Shown here piece after piece: positions 1 through 8,475 of a stretch of DNA of 42,567 bases (positions within the stretch are counted from its first letter, which is position 1; each line of letters starts with the position of its first letter). Below the pieces are notes generated by a model. It did not search any database. It saw nothing but the letters and a program-made list of their open reading frames with translations, and had not been told where the DNA came from. Position numbers and translations under genes: made by a program. This DNA comes from a virus (lineage: Duplodnaviria; Caudoviricetes). Location: positions 1 through 42,567 of IMG/VR virus record IMGVR_UViG_3300049564_000008; one strand, 5' to 3'.

Positions 1-127
1 CAGCCGATGGCAGGAAAGCACCCTGTAACGTCGAAACGCATGTTCTTGAAGATCACGGTAGGCCCGCCGGGGTCCTGCATCTGCATAATGCTGCCGCTGC
101 TGCTCGACAGCGTGACTGCCTGCACAT
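1..127. repeat. Terminal direct repeat, left copy (circular assembly overlap)
   Basis: Bases 1-127 are identical to 42441-42567; 127 bp matches a common assembler k-mer length; an ORF reads through the join. Confidence 0.95.
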
Positions 128-464
128 TCGAGGCGTTGCCCTGGACGATCAGGCGAGGAATGCCAACCAGCGGAGGAACGTAGAACAACGGTTTTGAATA
201 CGTCCCGTCTGCGAGCTGCAAGGTAATGATGTTGCCGCCACCGTCGATGCTCGTACTAAGATAGTTCACAGCCGCGCCAACATCAGCGAAATCAACCGGA
301 ATGTTGTACGTCGTTGCCGTAGTTAGCTTTGTCCTCGCGCCGCTACCTGCTCCTCCGCTTCCCGTTTGGTTCCTATCTTGAAAATAACTATACCAAACCT
401 GCTTCATCTGCCCGACAGGTAAATCAACAACCGGAGAATCCAGGCCAGGGAGAGGGCTAGCCAC
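1..464 (-). CDS. 5' part of a ~395-aa tail needle/spike-like protein that spans the origin (continues at 42440 to 41717)
   Basis: GTG at 464 with AAGGA upstream; reads (M)ASPLPGLDSPVVDLPVGQMKQVWYSYFQD...LQLADGTYSKP...GNASNVQAVTLSSS, in frame with ORF 41717..42565; lies at the P22 gp26 position after the gp10-like gene. Confidence 0.8.
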   Translation of the reverse strand, partial: MASPLPGLDSPVVDLPVGQMKQVWYSYFQDRNQTGSGGAGSGARTKLTTATTYNIPVDFADVGAAVNYLSTSIDGGGNIITLQLADGTYSKPLFYVPPLVGIPRLIVQGNASNVQAVTLSSSSGSIMQMQDPGGPTVIFKNMRFDVTGCFPAIG

Positions 465-1902
465 GAACCAATTCCTTGCTTTGCACTCCGCCGAGGAATG
501 CCACATAAACGTTGGCCGAAACCGTCAATCGCCAGCGCCGGCCTTGCTTACCGGTCATGCCAGTTCGGAAGATCGTGATCGCGACCTGGGTTGCCTGGAC
601 GCCAAGTTCCCGTACCAATTCGCTTCTCCAACTCATCCCGCCATCGTCCGACCACGAAATTCCAACTTGCGGATGCGTGTCGGTCGGGTCTGCTCCGGTC
701 GCAACGCCCACGCCGGTCACAAAATTGAAATCCGCCTCCGCAACCCGCATGCGGCTGGGAAATCCCGTAACCGGGCCGCTTTCGATCTGATATTGCAGCG
801 GGTCGCCGAACTCGTTGTTCGCGAAGTCATCAACGAAAAGCAGCCTCCCACCCTTCACGTCGCCGACGATCCACTTCCCGAACGCCGAGCATCCGCCAAT
901 CCCGCGCCATGTCGAAGATAAGTAACTGTGCCGCTCGTTCCATTTCTGGCTGCCAAGATCGAACTCCCAACACCATGTCGGGCACTTGAGAACCCATTTC
1001 GGATGACCCTGCGAGATGTAAACCGATGCCTCAAGCGTCGTCGTATCGGAAACGCGCTTTATCAGCCGGTCCAGGTCGGGCGGTGAAATCTTAAGCGGGT
1101 TTGGCGTGCCATTGGCCTGCACGACCGAGTAATCGTCAGCAACCCAGATCAGCGCAGTTCCAAACCCATCCTGATGACCGGCAATCGCATAGGGGCCGAG
1201 AATCCCGCGCTGAAGCACGTACGAGCGCGTAAACGGAAATCCGGTCGGGTTGGCGGTGTTGTTGTAGACCTCGCCGAAGTTCGGCCCGAGCGCATAGAGC
1301 TGGCCGTTGAAGGCAAGACAGCGGCTTAAGCCCCCTGACTTGGATTGCGCTTTGGTCTTGTCGAGCGTGTTGATCGATACGTTGTTGAGTCCGGATGCCT
1401 GCAGCGTTCCATCGCCATAGGAGAATATAAAATATCCGTCCATGAAACAGACGCTGTTCGGAGAGCCAACGTCAACATCTGCAAATGCCGAGACAGCAGA
1501 AACTGTGACCGTGAATGCACCAGTTGCCGGAGCGACGCAGACAACATCAGGCGTTGCCGCGTTGTTGCGCGCCCAGAAGACCTTCTCGGTTCCGTTCAGC
1601 GTGCCGGTGAGTGTCGTCTCGACACCGCCCGATGTGTAGCGGCTCGCCTTGTTGTTCCATGCCGCATAGAGCGTGCCATCGACAAACAGCGCGCCGCGAA
1701 ACCCCGTATTGGCCGAGGCGCCGAACAGCGACAGGCCGGGCACCTTGCGCCATACGACGGCCGGCGGGCCGGGTTTGCCAGACTGCACGTCCTGGCCGAG
1801 CGGTTCTGCCATGCAATTAATCAACCTACCCGCAGATTCCTGCGGATTGGCACCCGGCGCACTTGAAAGCGGAAACGGGATTGAAACTGTTTGGCTAGGC
1901 AT
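457..1902 (-). CDS. P22 gp10-like tail hub/nozzle (packaged DNA stabilisation) protein, 481 aa
   Basis: Start at ATG 1902 (TAATG overlap with the upstream stop); beta-propeller-like composition; C-terminal ISWSDDGGMSW...ELG...GRRWRLTVS motif typical of the family; synteny. Confidence 0.8.
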   Translation of the reverse strand: MPSQTVSIPFPLSSAPGANPQESAGRLINCMAEPLGQDVQSGKPGPPAVVWRKVPGLSLFGASANTGFRGALFVDGTLYAAWNNKASRYTSGGVETTLTGTLNGTEKVFWARNNAATPDVVCVAPATGAFTVTVSAVSAFADVDVGSPNSVCFMDGYFIFSYGDGTLQASGLNNVSINTLDKTKAQSKSGGLSRCLAFNGQLYALGPNFGEVYNNTANPTGFPFTRSYVLQRGILGPYAIAGHQDGFGTALIWVADDYSVVQANGTPNPLKISPPDLDRLIKRVSDTTTLEASVYISQGHPKWVLKCPTWCWEFDLGSQKWNERHSYLSSTWRGIGGCSAFGKWIVGDVKGGRLLFVDDFANNEFGDPLQYQIESGPVTGFPSRMRVAEADFNFVTGVGVATGADPTDTHPQVGISWSDDGGMSWRSELVRELGVQATQVAITIFRTGMTGKQGRRWRLTVSANVYVAFLGGVQSKELVRG

Positions 1903-3221
1903 TATTGCTCTTCCCGCTGCGGGAAAAGAGAGTCCCACATGCCGCCAGTCGAGGCGGCGCCGGCACCGACTGCGCCCGGAACGGCGTACATCTTGCGGAT
2001 GTCGAGCTTGTTCGGATCGAAAATGACGTAGTTGTGGGTGCGCTGATTGAGCTTTTCGGCGAGTGCCGCCTGTGCAGCCGCCTCTGTATCGAAATGCAAA
2101 CCCTTGGAATTGTAATCGTTGCTCTTGACCATCCATTTACCGCTGACTGTTTGACTGGGCGGCGTGATGTGCCAATCACCTGCGTTGCGCGACCCCTGAT
2201 CAAGATAGCGGATGCCGGGAATGCCGGCTTCGTTGAGTGCCTGGGATGCTGCTGCTTCATTGACAGTCGGAGCAGTATATCGAGTCCCCAATATTGGCTG
2301 TTCACTACCGAGATCGGATCGCAATGCGTGGTAAAAATCCTCGCCCGTAGCCCCGCCAAGACGATTAGCAAGTCTACCTCCAGGCAAAGTATATAAATCT
2401 GGTGGAACGCCCATTTGCAAAGCTACGTCTTTAACGTAAGGCGTCTGTTCTGCCAATGGTTTAAACCAATCGAGCATCTGCTCCGGCCGCGCGTTGATGT
2501 TCACCTCGTAGGTGCGCGGGCCGACGGGTTGGCCGCTGCGCAAAAGATCAAGCGCCCGCTCTTGATCCGCCATGCCCGCCCGTCCTCGCGATGTTTCAAG
2601 ATGTTTTTGCAAATCTGCTATCGCCTTGTCGCGATCAAACCCGGACTGATACAAACGCTCGGCCGCTTGACCTTCTGGCCCACGAAATCGGTCGGTGAAT
2701 TGCTGCCAATACTGCCCGCCCTGCCCCGACACCGCCGGGTTCTCGGCCGCGTAAATGCCGTGGCCATAGACCTGCGCGCCCTCGCCGGTGCCGATCTTGG
2801 ACAGGTCGAACTTGTCGAACGTGTACGGCGAGGAGTGATAGGCAAAGATGCCTTCGGGCTGGACAAGCTTGGCACCGCCGGCGCCGACTGCGCCGGTTCC
2901 CGCCATACCGGGCATGCGCGCCATGCCGAGTTGACCGAGTGCAGTGCCGCGGCCCCATTCCAACTCCTGTTCCGGCGTCGGCGGCCCGCCAGGGACGGTG
3001 CCGTAAGCCTGACCCGGAACGGCTATCCAGTCGCGTATTCCGCTCGCAATATGGCCGGGCAAACGCTGCTCGAAGTTGGTCATGCGCTGCGACAGATCGC
3101 CGTAATCCGGCGCATTGCCCGGGTACGGCATGCCGGTCCCCGGATCATAAAGACCGTCCCAAAGTCCTTTCTGCACAGGCACTGGCTGTTGAAGACCCTC
3201 CCACAGAGAGCCATCGGCCAT
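1902..3221 (-). CDS. ADP-ribosyltransferase-like protein (ART-PolyVal-like domain), 439 aa
   Basis: AYHSS..FDKFDLSKIGTGEGAQVYGHGIYAAENP, then YEVNI, GIPGIRYLDQGSR and NYVIFD; these match the ART-fold motifs of phage/plasmid polyvalent proteins. Confidence 0.65.
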   Translation of the reverse strand: MADGSLWEGLQQPVPVQKGLWDGLYDPGTGMPYPGNAPDYGDLSQRMTNFEQRLPGHIASGIRDWIAVPGQAYGTVPGGPPTPEQELEWGRGTALGQLGMARMPGMAGTGAVGAGGAKLVQPEGIFAYHSSPYTFDKFDLSKIGTGEGAQVYGHGIYAAENPAVSGQGGQYWQQFTDRFRGPEGQAAERLYQSGFDRDKAIADLQKHLETSRGRAGMADQERALDLLRSGQPVGPRTYEVNINARPEQMLDWFKPLAEQTPYVKDVALQMGVPPDLYTLPGGRLANRLGGATGEDFYHALRSDLGSEQPILGTRYTAPTVNEAAASQALNEAGIPGIRYLDQGSRNAGDWHITPPSQTVSGKWMVKSNDYNSKGLHFDTEAAAQAALAEKLNQRTHNYVIFDPNKLDIRKMYAVPGAVGAGAASTGGMWDSLFPQREEQ

Positions 3222-3559
3222 CAGAAATACTCGACAGTGGCCGGCCCATATCCCGGCGTTTGCCGCACAATCACCCGCATCCGATTGCGGATCATCTGAC
3301 CCTTGCGCTCGTCAAACACGCCGCCGAAATCGTCCGCCGCGGCGTTCGCCACCAAAGCACAGAATGAGTTGAACAGCGCGTCGTCCAGTGCATTGACATC
3401 ATCGATATAGATCGTGCCATCCGAACTCAGTTCATCGACCTGACCGTCGATATAGCCGTCAATGCATGCAGCATCCTCGGCCGAGGGGGCATCACCAACG
3501 ATGCCCCCGAGCAGAATTGCTGCAACCTTGAACTGGATCTCAACGCGCGTCTTGCTCAT
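3221..3559 (-). CDS. Head-tail adaptor (P22 gp4-like), 112 aa
   Basis: Small helical protein with LGGIVGDAPSAED motif and C-terminal EYF; lies between the capsid region and the gp10-like gene. Confidence 0.65.
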   Translation of the reverse strand: MSKTRVEIQFKVAAILLGGIVGDAPSAEDAACIDGYIDGQVDELSSDGTIYIDDVNALDDALFNSFCALVANAAADDFGGVFDERKGQMIRNRMRVIVRQTPGYGPATVEYF

Positions 3560-3981
3560 TTCAGAGCTTCACGCAACTCGGTCTTGTTCATTCCGGCATG
3601 ATCGATGCCGCGCTGATCCGCCAGCTCGCGAAGCTCGGAGACATTGAGTGCATCAATCTCGTCATCCGAATAGTGGTCTGCCGGCACAGTTTCTCTAGTT
3701 TCTGCTTTCTCGGCCTCGACCTTGCGCGGCCTGCCGGGCTTGCGCTTGACCATGATTCCTTCCGCCGTCTCCTCCGTGGTCATTTCCGGGGCATCGTCCA
3801 CATCATCGGGATCGGAAACCTCGAAAAACTGGTTGCCCAGTGCCTTCCGGACAAACCCATAAGAGCGAACCTCGACGGGCTTGCCCTTCTCGAACTTGGT
3901 GCCGCCAAACGCGGTTGTGAACGACGGCCCGGGAGCGCCGCCGTGCAAATCGTCTTCTCCCAACCATGTGAGCTTAGCCAT
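3556..3981 (-). CDS. Protein with AT-hook-like motif and C-terminal HeH/Rho-N-like domain, 141 aa
   Basis: ATG at 3981 (TAATG overlap); KRKPGRPRK motif; C-terminus LNVSELRELADQRGIDHAGMNKTELREAL. Confidence 0.6.
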   Translation of the reverse strand: MAKLTWLGEDDLHGGAPGPSFTTAFGGTKFEKGKPVEVRSYGFVRKALGNQFFEVSDPDDVDDAPEMTTEETAEGIMVKRKPGRPRKVEAEKAETRETVPADHYSDDEIDALNVSELRELADQRGIDHAGMNKTELREALK

Positions 3982-4670
3982 TATGCTGCCTCCTCTTTGC
4001 TGGTTTCCGCATCTGCCAGACACACGTCATGGCAAACGCTTCCGGTGTAGTGACGCACGCGAATGTCCGGATCGACCCAGCACTCGCCGCCAAGACCGAT
4101 CCACTTGCGACAGAAATTGTAGTCCTCGCCTTCGTCCGTGGCATGTCCGTCGCTAGCGATAAGCTCGAGCCAGAACCAGTCTCGGACGGTTGTGCCTTCC
4201 GTAATGTATTCTCTTGTCACTGGTTCCAGTTTTGTGATGACGCTCGATCTGATCGCCATGAACCCGGTTGCCACCGCATCCATCTTCCACAAACGGCCCG
4301 CTGGCGTATGCCTGCCGGTAATCGTGCCATGCGGGAATTTTGCAACCGCAGCCGGTTGCTCGTCCCAACGATGATGACGCTTGGCAGGAGCCGCCGCGAC
4401 AACGTCAACACCGTGATTGATCAGCTTGAACAGATCGGGAGCGTTGAACCCGATGTCGTCGTCTATGCAGACGAGCCAGTCGCATTCTTCAGCCATCGCC
4501 TGGGCAACAAGCCGATTGCGAACCCGCGGCAAGATCGCGGTGCCGGTCGCAACATAAACCCGCAAATCGATGCCGAGCTTTGCCGCCATGCGGTCGGTCG
4601 CGATAACCGACAACATGTAGTCGTTGTGGACGTGCTCGTTGTAGCACGGCGTCAGCAGTCCAACCCGCAT
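3981..4670 (-). CDS. Glycosyltransferase, GT-A fold (GT2-like), 229 aa
   Basis: LLTPCY start, LPRVRNRLV, WLVCIDDDIGF (DxD), ATGFMAI, GEDYNFCRKW...WVDP...H. Confidence 0.75.
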   Translation of the reverse strand: MRVGLLTPCYNEHVHNDYMLSVIATDRMAAKLGIDLRVYVATGTAILPRVRNRLVAQAMAEECDWLVCIDDDIGFNAPDLFKLINHGVDVVAAAPAKRHHRWDEQPAAVAKFPHGTITGRHTPAGRLWKMDAVATGFMAIRSSVITKLEPVTREYITEGTTVRDWFWLELIASDGHATDEGEDYNFCRKWIGLGGECWVDPDIRVRHYTGSVCHDVCLADAETSKEEAA

Positions 4671-4683
4671 GCGATATCCATTG

Positions 4684-4713
4684 AAAATGGGGGCGAGCTA
4701 GAGGCCCGCCCCC
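4684..4713 (-). terminator. GC hairpin with short U tract after the decoration gene
   Basis: Minus strand reads GGGGGCGGGC-CTCTA-GCTCGCCCCC-ATTTT. Confidence 0.45.
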
Positions 4714-4730
4714 AGTCTGGTGGGAGGGCA

Positions 4731-5123
4731 TCAAAGAACGGGCAGATACTCAACCACGACAACGCCTGCCCCAGCCGTAGGGGCAGTGCCTGTCGAGACC
4801 GAGGTCGCGATGATGGCAGTGTCGACGGTTGGAGCCATAGTAGTGGCGGTCGCGAGTGCCGCGCCGCCGGTAATAACGCCGGCCGTGCCAAGGGCAATGC
4901 CGGTGCCGAAGCTGGCGTCCGATGCGATCGTGCCAATTTTCAACGTGTTGGTGGACCCGGCGTTGAACGCAGTCGTGACGATGACGTAGGTCCGCAGCAC
5001 GACAGCGCCACCCGGGATAGTGCCGACCTGTGCGATCCCGGTATAACCGAGAGCGGACGTAATCGGAGCGCGGAGATAGTTGACAGTTTGGTCCCCGCTG
5101 GACCGTGCAGGATAGACAGCCAT
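4731..5123 (-). CDS. Putative capsid decoration/cement protein, 130 aa
   Basis: Thr/Ala/Gly-rich beta protein (VGTIPGGAVVL...TAFNAGSTNTLKIG); first same-strand gene after the capsid gene. Confidence 0.55.
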   Translation of the reverse strand: MAVYPARSSGDQTVNYLRAPITSALGYTGIAQVGTIPGGAVVLRTYVIVTTAFNAGSTNTLKIGTIASDASFGTGIALGTAGVITGGAALATATTMAPTVDTAIIATSVSTGTAPTAGAGVVVVEYLPVL

Positions 5124-5187
5124 GTTAGAGTCCTTCTAAGTGCTGCGGCAGTTGACTTTTTATCCCTTTTTTGCCACGATAAGCATC

Positions 5188-5718
5188 ATGGAAAATTGGA
5201 AGCCAGTTCCGCGATTTGAGGATTTTTACGAGATATCCGATCTCGGGAGACTGAAACGCATCCTTGCTTCGAGCGGCACATATGTTGGCAAGATCGTTAA
5301 GCCGAATCCTCGTCGCGGTTACCATGGCTTTTTGATTTCAGCCGAAGGAAAGACGCATACGATTTCGGCACACCGAACGGTCTGGGAAGCATTTAACGGA
5401 CCCATACCAATTCGAATGCATATCAATCACATCAACGGTCTTAAGAGAGATAACCGCCTCTGTAATCTGGAACTTGTCACCCCTAGCGCTAATGCACTTC
5501 ATGCAATTAACGTTCTGGGCCATGTGCAAAATCCCCCTCCACGCATGAAGGGGATTGAAAACCCGAGAGCCAAACTAACAGAAGAGACAGTGCGAGAAAT
5601 CCGCAGGCTATATGCTTCAGGATTGTCGCAACAATCACTCTCTGATCAGTTTGGTATTCACCAGACGAATATCAGCAAACTCCTGAGAGGAAAGTCATGG
5701 TCCAGTGTTGGACCATGA
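5188..5718 (+). CDS. NUMOD4-HNH homing endonuclease, 176 aa
   Basis: MENWKPVP.FEDFYEISDLGRLK (NUMOD4); AHRTVWEAF..HINHING.KRDNRLCNLELVT.SAN.LHA (HNH); C-terminal HTH; opposite strand to its neighbours and visibly lower GC. Confidence 0.92.
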   Translation: MENWKPVPRFEDFYEISDLGRLKRILASSGTYVGKIVKPNPRRGYHGFLISAEGKTHTISAHRTVWEAFNGPIPIRMHINHINGLKRDNRLCNLELVTPSANALHAINVLGHVQNPPPRMKGIENPRAKLTEETVREIRRLYASGLSQQSLSDQFGIHQTNISKLLRGKSWSSVGP

Positions 5719-5725
5719 TTAAGCA

Positions 5726-6868
5726 TCAGGCATCGGCTGGCGCGGCATAGAATCCTGTGGCAACACCCCACTCCTTCAGAGCGCCGCCGGTGGTCCGCTT
5801 GAACATCTTGGCGATGCCGTACGCGGTCTCGATGCCAACGCCCGTATTGAACTGGTAGTCGGTGTTGTCCAATTGAGTGGGCTTGGCCATCTGGCCATAG
5901 GCCATTGCCATCGCGGACTGACCGCACAGCCAGACTGGGCGAACGGGTACCGTTCCACCGGAGCCAGCCGTTGCGTAGTAAACCGGTGCTTGGTTATCGA
6001 TCTCGGGTACCTCGCGATGAATGACACCATCATACATCTGATCGCCATCCTGGAAGATCGGGTTTTTGCTAAACCCATTGCCTTCACGCGGACGGGTCGT
6101 CTGGTTGATTGTGTCGAGCGAGGCCTTCAGATCGCGGAACGTGCGTGAGCCGTGGAACGCCACGAAATATTCCCGGCCGTCCTTGAGTTGGAACGGGCGG
6201 ATTTTCGGATTGGCCGCACGCGCAACACGCTTGAGGAACTTCATGTTCGTGGCGTTGACGATATCGTTGGTCGCATCCAACGTGCCCGTCGCGGTCGCAA
6301 ACGTCGTTGAGTAGTTCGAGTTCAGTTGCCCGAACACGACACGATCGGCGTTGTCCGTCACCCAGGTATTTTTCTGGGCCGCAGTGGAGGCATCAAACAG
6401 GATGCCGTTGACACGCTGTCCCGGAGCAGAGCCAAGACCGGCCGGCGCGGCTTCGGTCGGGAGCGCATAGAATGCTTGGATGATTTCGTCCCGGTTCAAC
6501 TCCTTGAGCCAGTCGGAGAGCAGCGGGCGAGCCACATCGAAAATCGCCGCGGAGTCCTTCTGCTTTTCGGCCTTGTTGGTCTTGATCGCGTTGCGTGCCC
6601 AGTCGACCCAGACCCGCATGCCGTAGTTATCGATCGACTCTTCGTTTCCGGCGAGCGCGCCGGAACCAACCGCGGTTGCGGCAAGACGCGCAACCAGCGG
6701 AATGTTCATCTGCTCGCCGCCGGAAGTCAGATCCATGCGCTTGCGGATGATCGCAGTAATGTCCTCGCCCATGTATGGCGCGAACAGATTTTCGCGAACC
6801 CACTCACGGTTCACCTGCTTGGTAAACTTGATGAGTTTGTTATTGACCTGGATAGTCGTGAGAGCCAT
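5726..6868 (-). CDS. Major capsid protein (HK97 fold; DUF4043/N4-gp56-like), 380 aa
   Basis: Size, position after the scaffold gene, and motifs LAGNEESI, KNPIFQDG..YDGVI, LCGQSAMAMAYG, DYQFNTGVGI. Confidence 0.88.
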   Translation of the reverse strand: MALTTIQVNNKLIKFTKQVNREWVRENLFAPYMGEDITAIIRKRMDLTSGGEQMNIPLVARLAATAVGSGALAGNEESIDNYGMRVWVDWARNAIKTNKAEKQKDSAAIFDVARPLLSDWLKELNRDEIIQAFYALPTEAAPAGLGSAPGQRVNGILFDASTAAQKNTWVTDNADRVVFGQLNSNYSTTFATATGTLDATNDIVNATNMKFLKRVARAANPKIRPFQLKDGREYFVAFHGSRTFRDLKASLDTINQTTRPREGNGFSKNPIFQDGDQMYDGVIHREVPEIDNQAPVYYATAGSGGTVPVRPVWLCGQSAMAMAYGQMAKPTQLDNTDYQFNTGVGIETAYGIAKMFKRTTGGALKEWGVATGFYAAPADA

Positions 6869-6900
6869 GACGGCTTGTCCTTTCTAAAAGCCGTCAGCCC

Positions 6901-6927
6901 AATAAAAAACCGGCCACCAGGGCCGGT
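6901..6927 (-). terminator. Intrinsic terminator between scaffold and capsid genes
   Basis: Minus strand reads ACCGGCC-CTGGT-GGCCGGT followed by TTTTTATT. Confidence 0.7.
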
Positions 6928-6949
6928 CGATCGTCGGGAGTGCGGCTTG

Positions 6950-7804
6950 TTACTGAGCGTTGGCGTGCCGCCAGAGCCCCTCGTCCGAAACATCATCGTC
7001 GTCCGCGATATGTGCGGCACCGGCGTTGGTGGCTCGGGTCAGGGATGGCGGGAGAGAGGTCGGCCCGGGTTTTCCGTTCCCGGCTGGCTGTATTCCACCC
7101 CGAATGCGCTCGACGACCTTGGCCTGATTGGCCGGGTCGGCAAGATACGCCTCGAGGCGCTTGTCGAAATAAGCGTTAGGATCGCTACCTACTTCGGCTC
7201 TTGTTTTCTGCTCACGATGCCATTCGAGAAGCGTTCTGCCGGGGTCGCGCGAGTTCTGCATCCGGGCCTTGAGGGCCGGATCGATAGCCCGCTGGGCCGC
7301 GATATAGGCTTCATCGAAGTCCTTCTGATTGGCCTCACGGGCGCGTTGGAGGCTTTCCTCACGACGTTCCATGAGAAGATCGTTGCGGATCTCCTCGCGG
7401 ATGAACCTCGCGTAGCCTTCGGGATCGAGCAACGGGTCGGGCTTTGAAACGCTTGCCTCAGGAGCAGGCGCGGATTGCTGTTGCAATCGCTGTTCGAGAT
7501 ATTGGCGCCGCTCCCGTTCAGCCTTCAGTTCATTCTCATATGTCTGCCGCTTCTCGCGTTCAGACAGATATTCCGCAAGCGGGATACGCTCCCCACGCGG
7601 CTGCTCTTCCACAGGAGCCGGTGGCTTTTCATCCGCTGCAAAACGCCCGTGATCGTCGCGGGCCTGAGATTGTTCTGCTGGCTTTTCCTGTTCGTCCGAT
7701 GCCTCTACGGCTTCCGCACCGGCCTCTTCGGCCGGGGCATCATCCGCATTCGCCTCGTTGAACAATTGCTCGTCAGAAAGTCCCTTAAGAGCCTCGATAG
7801 CCAT
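6950..7804 (-). CDS. Capsid scaffolding protein, 284 aa
   Basis: Acidic N-terminus with RDDHGRFA; coiled coil (RIPLAEYLSEREKRQ); directly upstream of the capsid gene. Confidence 0.8.
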   Translation of the reverse strand: MAIEALKGLSDEQLFNEANADDAPAEEAGAEAVEASDEQEKPAEQSQARDDHGRFAADEKPPAPVEEQPRGERIPLAEYLSEREKRQTYENELKAERERRQYLEQRLQQQSAPAPEASVSKPDPLLDPEGYARFIREEIRNDLLMERREESLQRAREANQKDFDEAYIAAQRAIDPALKARMQNSRDPGRTLLEWHREQKTRAEVGSDPNAYFDKRLEAYLADPANQAKVVERIRGGIQPAGNGKPGPTSLPPSLTRATNAGAAHIADDDDVSDEGLWRHANAQ

Positions 7805-7815
7805 GTTTCACCCTT

Positions 7816-7937
7816 TCGCTGTAACGTCGCGATGACCGAAACGCCTGATATTGCCCAGACGTGGCATTGCCCCGTGACGTGGGGCAGACGAAGCAGGCCG
7901 TTAAGGTCGCCTGTCACCTTCCGCCGTAACGTGGCGG
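7816..7937 (-). promoter_or_regulatory. Array of 4-5 stem-loops with conserved ACGT-containing loops in the scaffold leader
   Basis: Hairpins at 7816-7832, 7852-7866, 7868-7886 and 7921-7937, with a variant at 7894-7913; minus-strand loops are ACGTTAC, ACGTCTG, ACGTCAC and ACGTTAC. Confidence 0.6.
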
Positions 7938-7956
7938 GGACGATCTCATTGCAGGA

Positions 7957-8475
7957 CTACTGACGGTAGCCCCACGAATTGACATTGGTGGCGGTGGCTG
8001 TGCCGTTCGCCGTGGTCGTGATCGTGATCGCGGTATTCGCCGCGCTCGCCGGAATGCATGGGGTGAATGACGCGCTCGCCACCGTGCCGCCTGCCGCGCT
8101 CGAGCTGCCCTGATAAACCTGCGACGATCCGATAAGACCGGCAATCGTGATGGGGCCGGTCGCGGCCGTACCGCCGATCGCTTGCACGTTGAACCCGCAA
8201 ATGTAGGTGGTCTTTCCAACCGCAGCCGCGAGCGTACCGACAACCGCGCCGGTCGATCCCGCCGCATTGCCCGACAGTGGCGTCGCCGCCGCCGGCAACT
8301 GCCCCGATTGACCAACACAAAGATTGCCCGACGTGTCGACCGTCAGCGTGGCACCGCCACTCGTGACATCATAAACAGGAGACACGCCGGTTGCGCATGA
8401 TGCGACGACCTTGATGCCCTGCGCATGCGCGGAGGAAACCCACAGCACCGCAAGGCAAACCAACAGCTTTTTCAT
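7957..8475 (-). CDS. Virion-module protein with N-terminal Sec-type signal peptide, 172 aa
   Basis: MKKLLVCLAVLWVSSAHA|Q has n-, h- and AxA regions; the remainder is a T/A/G-rich beta-sandwich-like domain. Confidence 0.7.
   Translation of the reverse strand: MKKLLVCLAVLWVSSAHAQGIKVVASCATGVSPVYDVTSGGATLTVDTSGNLCVGQSGQLPAAATPLSGNAAGSTGAVVGTLAAAVGKTTYICGFNVQAIGGTAATGPITIAGLIGSSQVYQGSSSAAGGTVASASFTPCIPASAANTAITITTTANGTATATNVNSWGYRQ

Noticed and set aside
1-127. 127-bp terminal repeat as a biological DTR
   Set aside because: It falls mid-gene and equals a standard assembler k-mer length, so it is best explained as circular overlap.
1903-2136. N-terminal 78 aa of the 559-aa ORF call
   Set aside because: It overlaps the ART-like gene; ATG 1902 with TAATG coupling is the better start.
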